Origin: an uncultured Actinomyces sp. | Lineage (GTDB): Bacteria > Actinomycetota > Actinomycetes > S36-B12 | Assembly: GCA_964537955.1 (NCBI GenBank) | Contig: CAZICY010000001.1 | Span: 54,023 to 118,022, forward strand | DNA: 64,000 bases | Reading direction: 5' to 3' | Shown: positions 38,837-50,100 of the stretch, one piece after another | Position numbering within the stretch: the first letter of the stretch is position 1 | Layout: each line of letters starts with the position of its first letter | Program-made: the position numbers and the translations under genes | The notes under the pieces: generated by a model | Seen by the model: the letters and a program-made list of their open reading frames with translations, nothing else | What the model was told of the DNA's origin: nothing | Database searches by the model: none

Positions 38837-40485
38837 CCGCCGGCCCGACGAGTCCCCCGACTCCGAAGGCTTCCCGGGCCCCGATGCACCTGGTCACGCT
38901 GTGGCGACGGTCCCTGCTCCTGCGGGTCACCGTGACCACCCTGATCCTGTCGATCATCGTCATGACCGTCCTGGGATTCCTGCTCCTGTCGCGCGTGACC
39001 ACAGGGCTGCTGGACTCAGCCGAGCGCACCGCCGTGACCGAGGCCAGCGCTGGACTCGCCGACGCGCAGCGCATCTCGGCGGCCGCGGCATCGGGCACGA
39101 GCGCCGCGTCCCCCGCGAGCATCGTCGACACCATCGTCGCTTCCCTGGCTGCGCGCGCCGGCTCGCCCCCGCAGTACGACGTCCTGCTGCTGGCGGGCGA
39201 GACCGAGGGTGCCGCGCCCGAGCGCGGCACCAACCTCGTGTCCGATGCAAGCGTCCCGCCGGCGCTGCGCGAGACCGTGCTGCTCACCGAGCGGCAGTCA
39301 TGGACCTACACCGAGATCCGCTATCTCGACGGCCGCAGCGCACCGGGGATCGTCGTCGGTGCCCCCCTCGCTGTCACCGACGTGGGCACCTACGAGCTCT
39401 ACTACCTCTTCCCGCTCACCAACGAGGCGAGCACCCTGGACCTCGTCCGCAGCACGGTGATCGGCACGGGCGTCTTGCTCGTCATCCTGCTGGGAGCGGT
39501 CGCAGCCATCGTGACCCGCCAGGTGGTCGCTCCGGTCCGCTCGGCAGCCCGCGTCGCCGAGCAGTTCTCCGAGGGGCACCTGCGCGAGCGCATGGCCGTC
39601 CGCGGCGAAGACGACCTCGCGCGGCTCGCCATGGCGTTCAACGACATGGCCGCGAGCCTGGAGCAGCAGATCCACCGCCTCGAGGAGCTCTCAGCGGTGC
39701 AGCAGCGCTTCGTCTCGGACGTCTCGCACGAGCTCCGCACGCCCCTCACCACGATCCGCATGGCCGCCGACCTCATCTTCGAGAGCCGCGGAGAGCTCGA
39801 TCCGCCCACGGCGCGGTCGGCCGAGCTCCTGCAGAACCAACTCGACCGCTTCGAGAACCTCCTCGGCGACCTGCTCGAGATCTCCCGCTACGACGCCGGC
39901 GCGGCCGTGCTCGACCTCGAGACCATCGATCTTGTCGCCCTGGTGCGGGGCGCGGCCGAGTCTGCACGTCCCCTGGCTGAGCGGCGCGGCAGCGACATCA
40001 TCGTCCAGGCCCGCCTCGACCCATGCCCCGTGGAGTGCGATCCCCGGCGCGTGGACCGCATCCTGCGCAACCTGCTGGACAACGCCGTCGAGCACGGCGA
40101 GGGCCAGCCCATCGACGTCACCGTGGATGGCGATGGATCGGCTGTCGCGGTGACGGTGCGCGATCACGGCGTCGGCCTGTCCGATGAGGACATCGCGCAC
40201 GTCTTCGACAGGTTCTGGCGCGCCGATCCGGCCCGGGCGCGTACCACCGGGGGCACGGGCCTGGGCCTGTCCATTGCCCTCGAGGACACCCGGCTGCATG
40301 CGGGGTGGCTCGAGGCGTGGGGATCCCCCGGAGAGGGCGCCTGCTTCCGGCTGACCCTCCCGTGCCGCGCCGACGTCACCCTCGATCGATCGCCGCTGCC
40401 GCTGGTGCCCGGGGATGACATCGAGACCGCCGACGAGGCCGTCGACGCGGCCGTCGAGGTGGACGCAGCGGAGGCGCGCGCATGA
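38833..40485 (+). CDS. mtrB: sensor histidine kinase MtrB
   Basis: Internal ATG 38833 within track ORF 38638..40485, overlapping the mtrA TGA as ATGA. HAMP region, H-box SHELRTPLT and ATPase G-boxes. Confidence 0.92.
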   Translation: MTAGPTSPPTPKASRAPMHLVTLWRRSLLLRVTVTTLILSIIVMTVLGFLLLSRVTTGLLDSAERTAVTEASAGLADAQRISAAAASGTSAASPASIVDTIVASLAARAGSPPQYDVLLLAGETEGAAPERGTNLVSDASVPPALRETVLLTERQSWTYTEIRYLDGRSAPGIVVGAPLAVTDVGTYELYYLFPLTNEASTLDLVRSTVIGTGVLLVILLGAVAAIVTRQVVAPVRSAARVAEQFSEGHLRERMAVRGEDDLARLAMAFNDMAASLEQQIHRLEELSAVQQRFVSDVSHELRTPLTTIRMAADLIFESRGELDPPTARSAELLQNQLDRFENLLGDLLEISRYDAGAAVLDLETIDLVALVRGAAESARPLAERRGSDIIVQARLDPCPVECDPRRVDRILRNLLDNAVEHGEGQPIDVTVDGDGSAVAVTVRDHGVGLSDEDIAHVFDRFWRADPARARTTGGTGLGLSIALEDTRLHAGWLEAWGSPGEGACFRLTLPCRADVTLDRSPLPLVPGDDIETADEAVDAAVEVDAAEARA

Positions 40486-42176
40486 GGCCCTCTCGCGGCG
40501 CGTGGGCCGCGCTCATGGTGCCGCTCCTGGCGGCCTGCGCCTCGATCCCCACAAGCGGCCCCATCCAGCAGGGCGTCGAAGTGGGCGTCGAGACCACCGA
40601 CCAGGTGATCCGCGTGATCGCTCGGCCGCCCCAGCCGGACATGACCCCTACCGAGATCGTGTCCGGCTTCCTCCAGGCCTCGGCGTCCTTCGAGGACGAC
40701 CATGCGGTCGCCCGCGAGTACCTCACTAACGAGGCGGCGGTCATGTGGGATCCCTCGCGCAGCGTGAGCGTCTACGACGGCGTCCCGACGATCGTCCCCG
40801 ATGGCGTCACCGAGGTCGACATGACGGCCACCCGGGTCGGGTCCATCGACGACGAGGGCCGCTACGAGGTGGCGCTCGCGGGAGGGCTCATCAAGGAGAC
40901 CTTCCGCATGGACTTCGTGAACGGCAACTGGCGCATCGCGACGCCACCCCAGGGCCTGCTCCTGTCGCGCTCCGACGTGGATCGGGCCTTCCGGGCCTTC
41001 GACGTCTACTTCCTCGACCCCGCCTACGCCACGCTCGTGCCGGACCCGCGCTACTTCGCCGTGGACGGGCCCACGCCGGCCACGGCCCTCACCCGTGCTC
41101 TGCTGCGCGGCCCGACCGAGTGGCTGGCGCCCGCCGTGCGCACCGGCTTCCCCGACGGCTCGACGCTGGCCGTCAACGCGGTGCCCGTCGTCGACGGCGT
41201 GGCACGCGTCGACCTCGATCCGCAGGTGAGGCTGGCCGACGAGCAGACCCGGCGTGCCTTCTCCGCGCAGCTCGCCTGGACATTGCGCCAGGTCCCCGGC
41301 GTGCGCTTCATCGACCTCAACGCGGGCGGACAGGTGCTCGACGTCACGGGCACGCAGAACCCCCAGCCCGTCGATGCCTGGCCCGCCTACGATCCCAACG
41401 CCATGCCGGGAGGCGACGCCCCCCTCGGAGTGCTGAGCGGGCGGGTGATCGACCTCGACGGGATCCCTCCGCTTCCCGTCCCGGGAGCGGCCGGACTCGC
41501 CAACCCTCCGCTCGATGGCCTGGCCGTCTCCTGGTCGGCGGAGCGCGTGGCCGCGCTCGACGCCGATGCCCGGCTGTGGCTGGGGACCCTGGCGCCCGGG
41601 TCAGCGCTGGTGGAGGCGTCGGTCGATCCGGGCCAGTCGCGCCCGTCCTTCGGTCGCGGGGACGACGCGTGGGTGGTGGGGCCCGACGGGACCCTGCAGC
41701 GGGTCGATCCCGACGGCAACGCCATCGTGGTCCCGGTGGACGGCCTCAGCCCCAGGGCTCAGCTGGAGTCCATCGCGATCAGTCGAGACGGCACGCGCGC
41801 GGCCCTCACGATCCGGCGCGGTCCGCGGACCTTCGTCATGCTGTCCATCATCACCGTGCGCGAGGGCGCCCTGCGCATCGAGTCTCCCGTGCGCGTCGAC
41901 AACCGACTGACCACGGTGAGCGACGTGGCCTGGGCGGACGACAATCGGCTCGTGGCCCTGGGCGTCGATGGCGCAGGCGCTCCGGGGGTCTTCGAAATCG
42001 ACATCAGCCGATGGCAGGTGCGCGCACTCGGCGCGCCGCAGGGCGCCGTGCGCGTGGCGGCCGCCCCCGGCTCGCCGATCCTGCTCGCGACGGCGGACCA
42101 GCTCATCTGGAGCTACACCTCGGGCCCGTGGCGCCTGGGCCCCCAGGGGTCCAGCCCGGCCTACCCGGGGGGCTAG
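40482..42176 (+). CDS. lpqB: lipoprotein LpqB (MtrAB accessory)
   Basis: ATGA overlap with mtrB. Lipobox LLAACAS. 564 aa and conserved mtrA-mtrB-lpqB order. Confidence 0.9.
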   Translation: MRPSRGAWAALMVPLLAACASIPTSGPIQQGVEVGVETTDQVIRVIARPPQPDMTPTEIVSGFLQASASFEDDHAVAREYLTNEAAVMWDPSRSVSVYDGVPTIVPDGVTEVDMTATRVGSIDDEGRYEVALAGGLIKETFRMDFVNGNWRIATPPQGLLLSRSDVDRAFRAFDVYFLDPAYATLVPDPRYFAVDGPTPATALTRALLRGPTEWLAPAVRTGFPDGSTLAVNAVPVVDGVARVDLDPQVRLADEQTRRAFSAQLAWTLRQVPGVRFIDLNAGGQVLDVTGTQNPQPVDAWPAYDPNAMPGGDAPLGVLSGRVIDLDGIPPLPVPGAAGLANPPLDGLAVSWSAERVAALDADARLWLGTLAPGSALVEASVDPGQSRPSFGRGDDAWVVGPDGTLQRVDPDGNAIVVPVDGLSPRAQLESIAISRDGTRAALTIRRGPRTFVMLSIITVREGALRIESPVRVDNRLTTVSDVAWADDNRLVALGVDGAGAPGVFEIDISRWQVRALGAPQGAVRVAAAPGSPILLATADQLIWSYTSGPWRLGPQGSSPAYPGG

Positions 42177-43237
42177 GCCTCCCCGGAGACGATCACGGCC
42201 CGACCCTGCGGCACCACGACCGCATCGCCCTCGTCCGGCCCCCACACCACGGCGCGGCCTTCGATGACCGTCGCCCCTGCGCCCGGGCCGCTCTCGATCA
42301 GGACCGGGCCCTGGAGCGCGAGGACGAGTCGATGTCGACCCGCGCCCAGGGTGCGCGGTGACGCGGTGACGAGCAGGTCGAAGGGCATGTCCCCCGGAGC
42401 GAGGGGCTCGTCGCCCTCCGCACGCAGACGATGCGGCACCCGATGGCGCGCGACCGCCTCGAGCGCCTCGTCGATGGCGACCGGCTTGCTCGTCAGGCCC
42501 AGGCGCAGCACGTTGTCGGAACTCGTCATCACCTCGACGCCGAGGCCGCCCACGTAGGAGTGCACGATGCCCGCGGACACGGCGATGGCCTCACCAGGAT
42601 GCAGCACGTCGTGGTCGAGCAGGACGCTCACGAGCACGCCCGGGTCACCCGGGAAGGCGGCGATGACCCTCTCGAGTGCGATCACGGCCTCGCGCGACCA
42701 GCCCCGACCCTGCGCTGCATCGACCAGGCGGCTCGCGAGGTCGGCGCGCTCCCGCGGTTCCACCGCGAGAAGCCGGCGCGCGGAGGCGACCGGATCGCCC
42801 ATGCGGACAAGGTCCACGATGTCGGCCGCCGCTCCCGCATCGGCTAGCAGGGCCGCCGCTTCCGCGGGATCGCGCCATCCGGCGTGGATGTCGAAGGGCT
42901 CGAGGGCCATGAGCATCTCTGCCTTCTCGGCATCGTCGGCGAAGAGCGGAGACCGGCGGGCCCAGCCCCGGCGCGCGAGGTCTGCATCGGGGTGAACCTG
43001 GATCGACAGGGGCGTGGCGGCGGCCAGGAGCTTCACCAGCGGCATGCCGCGATGCGCGTCCAGGTCGGCGAGCGCGCACCCGGCATCGGGGCCCTCGACC
43101 ACCTCGGTCCGGCCCGACGGATGCGTCCCGAACCACAGTTCGGCCTGGGGGGATCCCGTCGCGCCGTGCCATCGGGCCAGCCCGTCGACGATTCCCCAGT
43201 CGTAGTCCTTCAGGGCGCCCGCAACGATGTGCGGCAT
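42173..43237 (-). CDS. manA: mannose-6-phosphate isomerase, class I
   Basis: Internal ATG 43237 within track ORF 42173..43510. N-terminus LKDYDWG...AELWFGTHPSG and the QVHPD metal site. Confidence 0.85.
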   Translation of the reverse strand: MPHIVAGALKDYDWGIVDGLARWHGATGSPQAELWFGTHPSGRTEVVEGPDAGCALADLDAHRGMPLVKLLAAATPLSIQVHPDADLARRGWARRSPLFADDAEKAEMLMALEPFDIHAGWRDPAEAAALLADAGAAADIVDLVRMGDPVASARRLLAVEPRERADLASRLVDAAQGRGWSREAVIALERVIAAFPGDPGVLVSVLLDHDVLHPGEAIAVSAGIVHSYVGGLGVEVMTSSDNVLRLGLTSKPVAIDEALEAVARHRVPHRLRAEGDEPLAPGDMPFDLLVTASPRTLGAGRHRLVLALQGPVLIESGPGAGATVIEGRAVVWGPDEGDAVVVPQGRAVIVSGEA

Positions 43238-43440
43238 CAGGCGTCTGCCGGGACTGCCTCGTCGAGCAGCATCACGGGGATCCCGTCGCGGACAGGGAAC
43301 CCCCGACGGCAGACGGTGCAGACGAGCAACTGTCGTCCCGCGTCGACGTCGAGCGGGGCGTGCGCGTCGCAGGGGCACGCGAGGATCTCCAGCAGCAGTG
43401 GGTCCAGGCCCAGTGCTTCCGACCCCGGGGTCTGTGACAT
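43237..43440 (-). CDS. Trm112-family small protein
   Basis: LLEILACPCD...LVCTVCRRGFPVRDGIPVMLLDEA. ATG 43440 is preceded by GAGGAGG. Confidence 0.8.
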   Translation of the reverse strand: MSQTPGSEALGLDPLLLEILACPCDAHAPLDVDAGRQLLVCTVCRRGFPVRDGIPVMLLDEAVPADA

Positions 43441-43451
43441 GGCAGTCCTCC

Positions 43452-44891
43452 TCACGCCTCACGGACGAGGGCAAGCACCTCGTCGCGCACGGACTCCATG
43501 GTGCCAGCATCCACCGCCTCGACGTTCAGCCGGAGGAGGGGCTCGGTATTGCTCGGCCGGAGGTTGAACCACCAGTCGGCGGCAGAGACGGTCATGCCGT
43601 CGAGGTCATCGAAGGTGACCCCGTCCTGACCGGCGTAGGCCTTGCGGACCCGCTCGCTGGCAGCCCGCGGGTCGGCGACCTGGGAGTTGATCTCGCCGCT
43701 GGCGACATAGCGGTCGTATCGGGCGAGCAGGCTGGACAGCGTGGTCCCGGCTGGCGCGGACCCGAGTGCGGCGAGGACATGCATCGCCGCGAGCATGCCC
43801 GAGTCCGCCCGCCAGAAGTCCGTGAAGTAGAAGTGGCCCGAGTGCTCCCCGCCGAAGACCGCGCCGGTCTGCGCCATGCGCGCCTTGATGAACGAGTGGC
43901 CGACGCGCGTGCGCTCGGCGACACCACCGCACTCTGCGATCACCTCGGGCACGGCGCGCGAGCTGATGCAGTTGTAGATGATGGTCGACCCCGGCCGCCG
44001 ACCGAGCTCGCGCGCGGCGATGAGGGCGGTGATGGCTGATGGCGTCACGGCGACACCACGCTCGTCGATGACGAAGCAGCGATCGGCATCGCCATCGAAC
44101 GCCAGCCCGATGTCAGCGCCCTCCGCGACGACCGCGCGCTGCAGGTCACGCAGGTTCGCGGGCTCGATCGGATTGGCCTCGTGGTGGGGGAACGTCCCGT
44201 CGAGCTCGAAGTACAGCGGCGTGATGCGCAGCGGCAGGGCGGGCAGCCCGGCAGCGGTCCCGAGGACAGCGGGCACGGTCAGCCCGGCCATGCCGTTGCC
44301 CGCATCGATGACGACGGAGAGGTCGCGCCCGCCGGAGAGATCGACCAGGCCGCGGAGGAAGGCCGCGTAGCCCGGGAGCATGTCGCGCCGCGTGACCGTG
44401 CCCGCCGGGCCTGCGTAGGCCGGAACTCCCGACGCGACCAGGTCGCGGATCTCGCGCAGCCCGGTGTCCGCACCCACGGGCGCCGCTCCCGCGCGGCAGA
44501 GCTTGATGCCGTTGTACTCGGCGGGGTTGTGGCTCGCCGTGAACATCGCGCCGGGCAGGCTGAGGTCGCCGGAGGCGTAGTAGAGCCCATCCGTGCTCGC
44601 GAGTCCGATCCTGATGACATCGCAGCCCTGGGAGCACACGCCCTCGGCGAACGCGGCCACGAGGTCGTCTCCCGAGGGGCGCATGTCCTGCCCGACGACG
44701 ACAGCGCCAGGGCCGCCGTCGGCCACGCGTACGCCGAGGACCTCGACGAGCGCCGCGCCGGTCCTGCGGGCGAGGTCGGCGTCGAACTGCTCGGGCACGA
44801 GCCCGCGCACGTCGTACGCCTTGAAGACCGCGTCGAGTTCTGCTGCGCCCCGGGGGGATGGGTCGCCGGATGAGCCGGCCACCGCGCTCAC
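43452..44891 (-). CDS. manB: phosphomannomutase/phosphoglucomutase
   Basis: FKAYDVRG and the active-site loop TASHNPAEYNGIK. GTG 44891 overlaps the upstream TGA as GTGA. Confidence 0.9.
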   Translation of the reverse strand: MSAVAGSSGDPSPRGAAELDAVFKAYDVRGLVPEQFDADLARRTGAALVEVLGVRVADGGPGAVVVGQDMRPSGDDLVAAFAEGVCSQGCDVIRIGLASTDGLYYASGDLSLPGAMFTASHNPAEYNGIKLCRAGAAPVGADTGLREIRDLVASGVPAYAGPAGTVTRRDMLPGYAAFLRGLVDLSGGRDLSVVIDAGNGMAGLTVPAVLGTAAGLPALPLRITPLYFELDGTFPHHEANPIEPANLRDLQRAVVAEGADIGLAFDGDADRCFVIDERGVAVTPSAITALIAARELGRRPGSTIIYNCISSRAVPEVIAECGGVAERTRVGHSFIKARMAQTGAVFGGEHSGHFYFTDFWRADSGMLAAMHVLAALGSAPAGTTLSSLLARYDRYVASGEINSQVADPRAASERVRKAYAGQDGVTFDDLDGMTVSAADWWFNLRPSNTEPLLRLNVEAVDAGTMESVRDEVLALVREA

Positions 44892-45277
44892 CCCTCGGAG
44901 TCGTGTCCGGCTGGCAGCGACCTCAGGTGGCCGCGGCGCGTGCCCTCGGCGCCCACCGCCGTGCGCGACTCCAACTCGTCGAAGAGGGTGGCGCTGCGCT
45001 CGCTCGCAGCGGCTGCCTCGCGGACCGCATTGGCGAGTGCCTCGAGGTCATCGCCGGAGGGCCGCAGGCTCTCGGGGTCGGGCTCGATGCGCACGACCTG
45101 CCACCCCAGCGGAGCGGTGAGCCGGCCGGCGTGGATCTCGCACAGGTCGTAGCAGTGCGGATCAGGGGCCGACGAGAGCGGCCCGAGCACCGCCGTCGAG
45201 TCGGCGTAGACATAGGTCAGCGTGGAGTTGGCGGCGCGCCCGCAGGTGACACGGGAGCAGCGGCGTCGGTAGCCCAC
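44888..45277 (-). CDS. DUF3499 domain-containing protein
   Basis: Track ORF 44888..45529. GTG 45277. RRCSRVTCGRAANSTLTYVYADSTAVLGPL...YDLCEIHAGRLTAPLGW. Sits upstream of pmm, like Rv3258c. Confidence 0.75.
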   Translation of the reverse strand: MGYRRRCSRVTCGRAANSTLTYVYADSTAVLGPLSSAPDPHCYDLCEIHAGRLTAPLGWQVVRIEPDPESLRPSGDDLEALANAVREAAAASERSATLFDELESRTAVGAEGTRRGHLRSLPAGHDSEG

Positions 45278-45354
45278 GAGCCGGGACGCTACCGCTCGAT
45301 CGCAGGGGGTCGGCGATGCCACGCCGGAGAGGGCGGACGAAGGGACGGTCAGGC

Positions 45355-47145
45355 CTAGGGACCGGAGATCGCCAGGCCCGGGGCAGGGACGGCGCGGGGC
45401 ACGACGACGCTGGTCCTCAGCGGTCGCCAGGGGTAGCCGGTGACGAGCGATCCGTCCTTGTTGCGGCGCACGGCGCGGTGCGCGATCGCGACCTCGCCGT
45501 CGGACACCGTGGCCAGGACGGTGAACCACGCGGCACCCGTGGGCCTGGGGATGTCGACGGCGACGAGCCGGCCCCGCGGGACGACGACCGTGATGTCATC
45601 CGTGGGCGGCAGGGGCTCGCCATCGGGAGAGATCGCGAGGACGCGCAGGGTCACCTCGGCCGGCGGCGCCGCGGAATCGTCCGACGTCGCATCGCCGGCC
45701 GGCGCCGTCGGGCTCGCCGAGGCCTCGACCGAGCCCGTGCCGGGCGATGCCTCCATGTCCGCCATGTCGCCCTCGGGGGCGCGCTCGATGGTGATGATGT
45801 CGTCAGGCGCAGTGAGCCAGACCGTGACCGCCGTGCTGCGTTCGGCCGACAGGCCCGTGGCAGCTGCGCTTCCGGAGCTGGCGCCCGCGCCGATCAGGGC
45901 AGCGCCGGCGGTGAAGGACAACTCCTCCAGTGAGCCGGCCGTCGCATCGACGCCCGGATGACGCTGGCGCACGCCGGCGACGATGGGCTGATCGGACTGC
46001 AGGTCGACGGTGGCGTCGTCTCCCTGGAGCGCGGAGTCGAGGTCGACAGCGACGACCGAGCCACCCGGCACCTCGACCTCGGGGGTCGCGGCCGGCACGA
46101 ACGACCCGGCCGCGGTGATAAGGCGCACGCGCACGGTGGCCGACAGGTCGCCCGGGGCGTGCACGAGCAGCTGCCGCCCTCCGGGGCCGCCGATGACCCC
46201 GGGGACGAGGACCCGCGTCGCGGGATCCACCGACGCGGGGATCCAGTCGGCCCCGCGCGGCACGAAGCCCTCCGTCTCGCGGTCCAGCACCGCGGCCATG
46301 ACCCGGCCCTGACGCACGGTGACGCGCCAGGTCGCCGCGGGAAGCCGAGGCGCCTCGCGCGAGAGCCGGACGACGACGCGGCTGCGCGGCTCCACGACGA
46401 GCCCGCGCAGGCGCGGGGTCGAGACCGGGCCATCGGGCCCGCTGATGGCGACCTCGAGCTCGGCCGTGGTGCTCTCGGGGTTGACCAGGACCAACTGAGA
46501 GTCCCGACCGGCGGTGGAGCCGCCACCGACGAACCACCATGTCGTGTCGGGTCCCAGGCAGGGCTGGCTCGACAGGCCTCGGCCTGCGCTGAAGGAGTCC
46601 TGAGTGGTCTGCGCAGCGACGAGCCCGGGGGCTAGGCCCCCCAGCGTGCGGACCTCGAGCGCGGGGAGCCGCGACTCCTGCGCCACCACCTGCGCCGCGT
46701 CGCCGGGCTCCAGCAGGGCACCCTGCGGCTCGCCGTCCGCAGCGACCGCGCCCTCGTCGGCGGGGACGGTCTCGCCTGAGCCATCGCCCGTGCCGTCTCC
46801 CCCCTCGAGGTAGGCGATGACCGACTCGCCCTCGCGATCTTGCCCCTCGAAGCCCGGGATCACGGTCATCGCCGACGTCGTGCGCGACCCGTCGACGGAT
46901 CCGGGCTCGGGGCAAACCGCAGTGGAGGAGTCAACCGGCTGCACGGTGCTGTCCGCCTGCTCGTCGGCACCGGGGACGGGCGCGAGCAGCCCGACGAGCA
47001 CGAGGACGACGGCGATGGCCGCGACGACACCAACGGCACGCCATGCACCGGGATCGGGAGGAGGCGCGGCGTCGGCGCGCGTGCGCCGGCGCGGTCGTCG
47101 TGCGCGTTCGGCGGTGCCGGACTGCACGGGGGTCTCGTCGCTCAT
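45355..47145 (-). CDS. DUF5719-like single-pass secreted/anchored protein
   Basis: 596 aa. Arg-rich cytoplasmic N-terminus, one TM segment (VGVVAAIAVVLVLVGLL) and a large extracytoplasmic part. ATG 47145 overlaps the GT2 TGA as ATGA. Confidence 0.75.
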   Translation of the reverse strand: MSDETPVQSGTAERARRPRRRTRADAAPPPDPGAWRAVGVVAAIAVVLVLVGLLAPVPGADEQADSTVQPVDSSTAVCPEPGSVDGSRTTSAMTVIPGFEGQDREGESVIAYLEGGDGTGDGSGETVPADEGAVAADGEPQGALLEPGDAAQVVAQESRLPALEVRTLGGLAPGLVAAQTTQDSFSAGRGLSSQPCLGPDTTWWFVGGGSTAGRDSQLVLVNPESTTAELEVAISGPDGPVSTPRLRGLVVEPRSRVVVRLSREAPRLPAATWRVTVRQGRVMAAVLDRETEGFVPRGADWIPASVDPATRVLVPGVIGGPGGRQLLVHAPGDLSATVRVRLITAAGSFVPAATPEVEVPGGSVVAVDLDSALQGDDATVDLQSDQPIVAGVRQRHPGVDATAGSLEELSFTAGAALIGAGASSGSAAATGLSAERSTAVTVWLTAPDDIITIERAPEGDMADMEASPGTGSVEASASPTAPAGDATSDDSAAPPAEVTLRVLAISPDGEPLPPTDDITVVVPRGRLVAVDIPRPTGAAWFTVLATVSDGEVAIAHRAVRRNKDGSLVTGYPWRPLRTSVVVPRAVPAPGLAISGP

Positions 47146-50100
47146 GACACCACCCCCTCTCGCGGTCCGGCTTCGGACGCTTCGACTTCGGATGCTTCGA
47201 CAATGCTCGCGGAGGTCGAGTCCCCATCGGGGTCGATGTCATCGTCGGCGTCATCGTCCCCTGCGGCGCGTCGCGCGGGCAGCGCCAGGACCGCGACCAC
47301 GAGCCAGGCGATTGCCTGCACCCAGAGCCAGCGCGTGCGAGGGGCATCGTCGATCGTCACGACGAGCTGACCTTGCGCCGCGGACGGAAGCGCGAACTCC
47401 TGCAGGCCGGGCGCATCTGCCTCAGCCGCCACCGGGGCGAGCGCCGCGCCGTCCAGGGTCGCGCGCCACGCGGGGTCGGCAGTCTGGGCCAGGCGCAGCC
47501 TCACGCCCGATGACGGGAGGGCGGTATCGATGAAGGGCTCGGCCGAAGAGAGCTGGGCCAGCGGCACGGGCGCTGCCGTAGCAGGCACGGCATCGTCGAG
47601 AAGGACGGCGCGACTGGCCTCGGGCTGGACGCGCCACAGCACCTCGCCCTCGCGCCCCGCGACACGGCGCAGCCCCGGAACAGAGTCCAGGCTGCGCGCG
47701 AGGTCGCCGACGCCCGCCTGCGTGCGCTCGAGGACGACGTAGCGCACCGCGTAGGCCGCGAGGCCGCTCACCTCGTCGCCGCCGCGGCCCGAGACCAGTC
47801 CCGCGACCAGGCGGTCGAGCTCAGCCCAGTCCGCGGCGGGCGGGGCCACCTCGGCATCGCCGAGCGTGGGACCGGTGCCGTTGACGAGGGCGTAGTCCAC
47901 GCGGGCGGTGTCCTGGGGGCGCAGCAGCAGCGTGCGCGGGGCTTCAGGACCGATGGCCTCGGCGATGACGAAGGGCGGCAGCACGACGGGATCGCCACGG
48001 CGCACGGGGTCACCCGCGCCGGGCAGCCACCACAGCAGGGCAAGGAGGGGAGTGAGCACGGCGAGGATGGTGCTGATGCCCGCCACCGGCTGCCGCCAGG
48101 TGAACGCCGACTGCGCCATGCTCGCGCGCAGGCCATCCGCCGCGAGGGCAGCGGCCAGGATGAGCGCGCCGCCCATGAGCGCTGTGACCGGGCCCGTCCA
48201 CGGCAGGACCGAATCCTCGACGCTGGGCGGCTGGAGCGGCAGTCGCGCCACCACGAGCGCCAGTGCGAAGCCGACGAGTGCGACGCCCCAGCACGCGAGC
48301 GTCGCGCGACGGGTGCCGGGCCGCAGGAGGGCCAGCAGGGCTGCGATCACCAGCCCTGCCATGACCCAGGCTGGCGGGGTGCCCGGTCCGCCGGGGTCGA
48401 GCAGGAGGAGGCTGGCCGGCGCGGCCGCCTCGACTCCGGCGTAGACCCCGAGGTCGGTGAACAGCAGCGCCGGCTGAGTGATGAGTCGCAGCGACCACGG
48501 CATCAGCAGCGCCAGCGGCACGACGAGCAGCGCGAGAGCTCCCAGGATCCACGCCCGGTCAACGCGGGGGCCGGCCGTGTCGCGTTGCCGGGCGACGACG
48601 CCGAGGGTGACTGCGACGAGGACGGCGAGCAGCAGCCAGACCCACACGACAGGAGCGCTGGCGACGATGACGGCCGCGAGCAGGGCGGCGCCCCAGGGCG
48701 TGCGCCCCGTGGCCGGCGCGAGCGTGGGCACCGACCAGAGCATGCGTGCAACGATGCGGGCGAGCGGAGGCAGTAGGACGATCGCGATCATGACGCCGAG
48801 GCGTCCCGTGGCGATGGCCCCGGTCATCGCGGGCAGGAGGGCGTACGCGATGGCCGCCCAGGTGCGCGGCCCGCGCGCCGACACCATGCCGCGCAGGGAC
48901 CACCAGGCGCTCAGGCCGGCAGCGGGGACGGCAAGGAAGAGGACCAGGCCCACCATGAAGCCGGCCTTGCCCAGCACGATCGTCGCCAGGGCGGCGAGGA
49001 GCGCGGTGAGGGGTGCTGCGGGGACCGTGGAACCGGGACCGACGTCATGCCAGGTGTCGGTGTACGCCGCCCACAGATCCGACGCCCCCTCGGGACTGGG
49101 CAGCAGCGCCCCTCCGAAGAGGACCCCGTCGCCCCACCACAGCGCACGACCGGCGATGGCCGCCGCCACGAGCAGCACGAGGGCGATCACCACGGTCGGA
49201 CGGGACAGGGCACGGCGCACGAACCCGTCGGCGGGGTCCTCGAAGATGTCGGCGTCGTCCGAGACCGGGCCGGAATCGAGCGCTCCCACCGACGAGGCGC
49301 CCCCCGCTCGTCCGGCCGACACCATGCCGCCGAGGGCTTCGAGGGCGCTGCGCGCCTGGGACCACGCACCCGGGCGCAGGTCGTGCACCGCCTCGCGCGA
49401 GCTCATCACGGAGGTAGCAGCCACGCGGCGACGGGCCGCCATGATGCGTCCGGGGTGCGCCAGGAGCGACGTGATGGCCACGATCTCGTCACCGGCGCGG
49501 CGCAGGTCCTTGCCCAGCAGATACAGCAGCGCACGCAGCGACGAGCCGAGCGCGAGTCGGATGCCCGTGAAGGGCAGCCGCCACCCTGGCGCCTGCGCAA
49601 GCAGGACCAGGAGCGCGGAGCGGCGGTCCAGACGATGGCCGCGGCCCGGCAGGGTCGAGCCCTCGCGGCGGCCGTGGTAGGACGCCTCGCGGTGATGGAC
49701 CACCGCCTCGGGCACGACGCGGACCTGGTGGCCCGCTCGCCATGAGCGCCAGCACAGGTCGAGGTCGTCTCGGTAGAGCGGAAGCTGGGGGTCGAACCCC
49801 CCGAGGGCGTCCCACACGTCGCGCCGCACCAGCATGCCGGCCGAACCCACAGCGTGGACCTCGCTGCGGTCGTCGTGCTGGCCCTGGTCGTGCTCGCGGC
49901 GCTCCAGCCCCGTGACGCGGCGACCGGCCCCCGTGACGCTGAATCCGACCTCGAGGAGCAGGCGGCGGTCGTGCCAGCCCAGGGCCTTGGGGCCGAGGAT
50001 GGCGGTCCCCGGATGGGCATCGGCGGCCTCGAGGAGCCGCTCCAGGCAGGTTGGTGCCGGCGCCGAGTCGTCGTGGAGGAGCCAGACCCACTCGGTGGCC

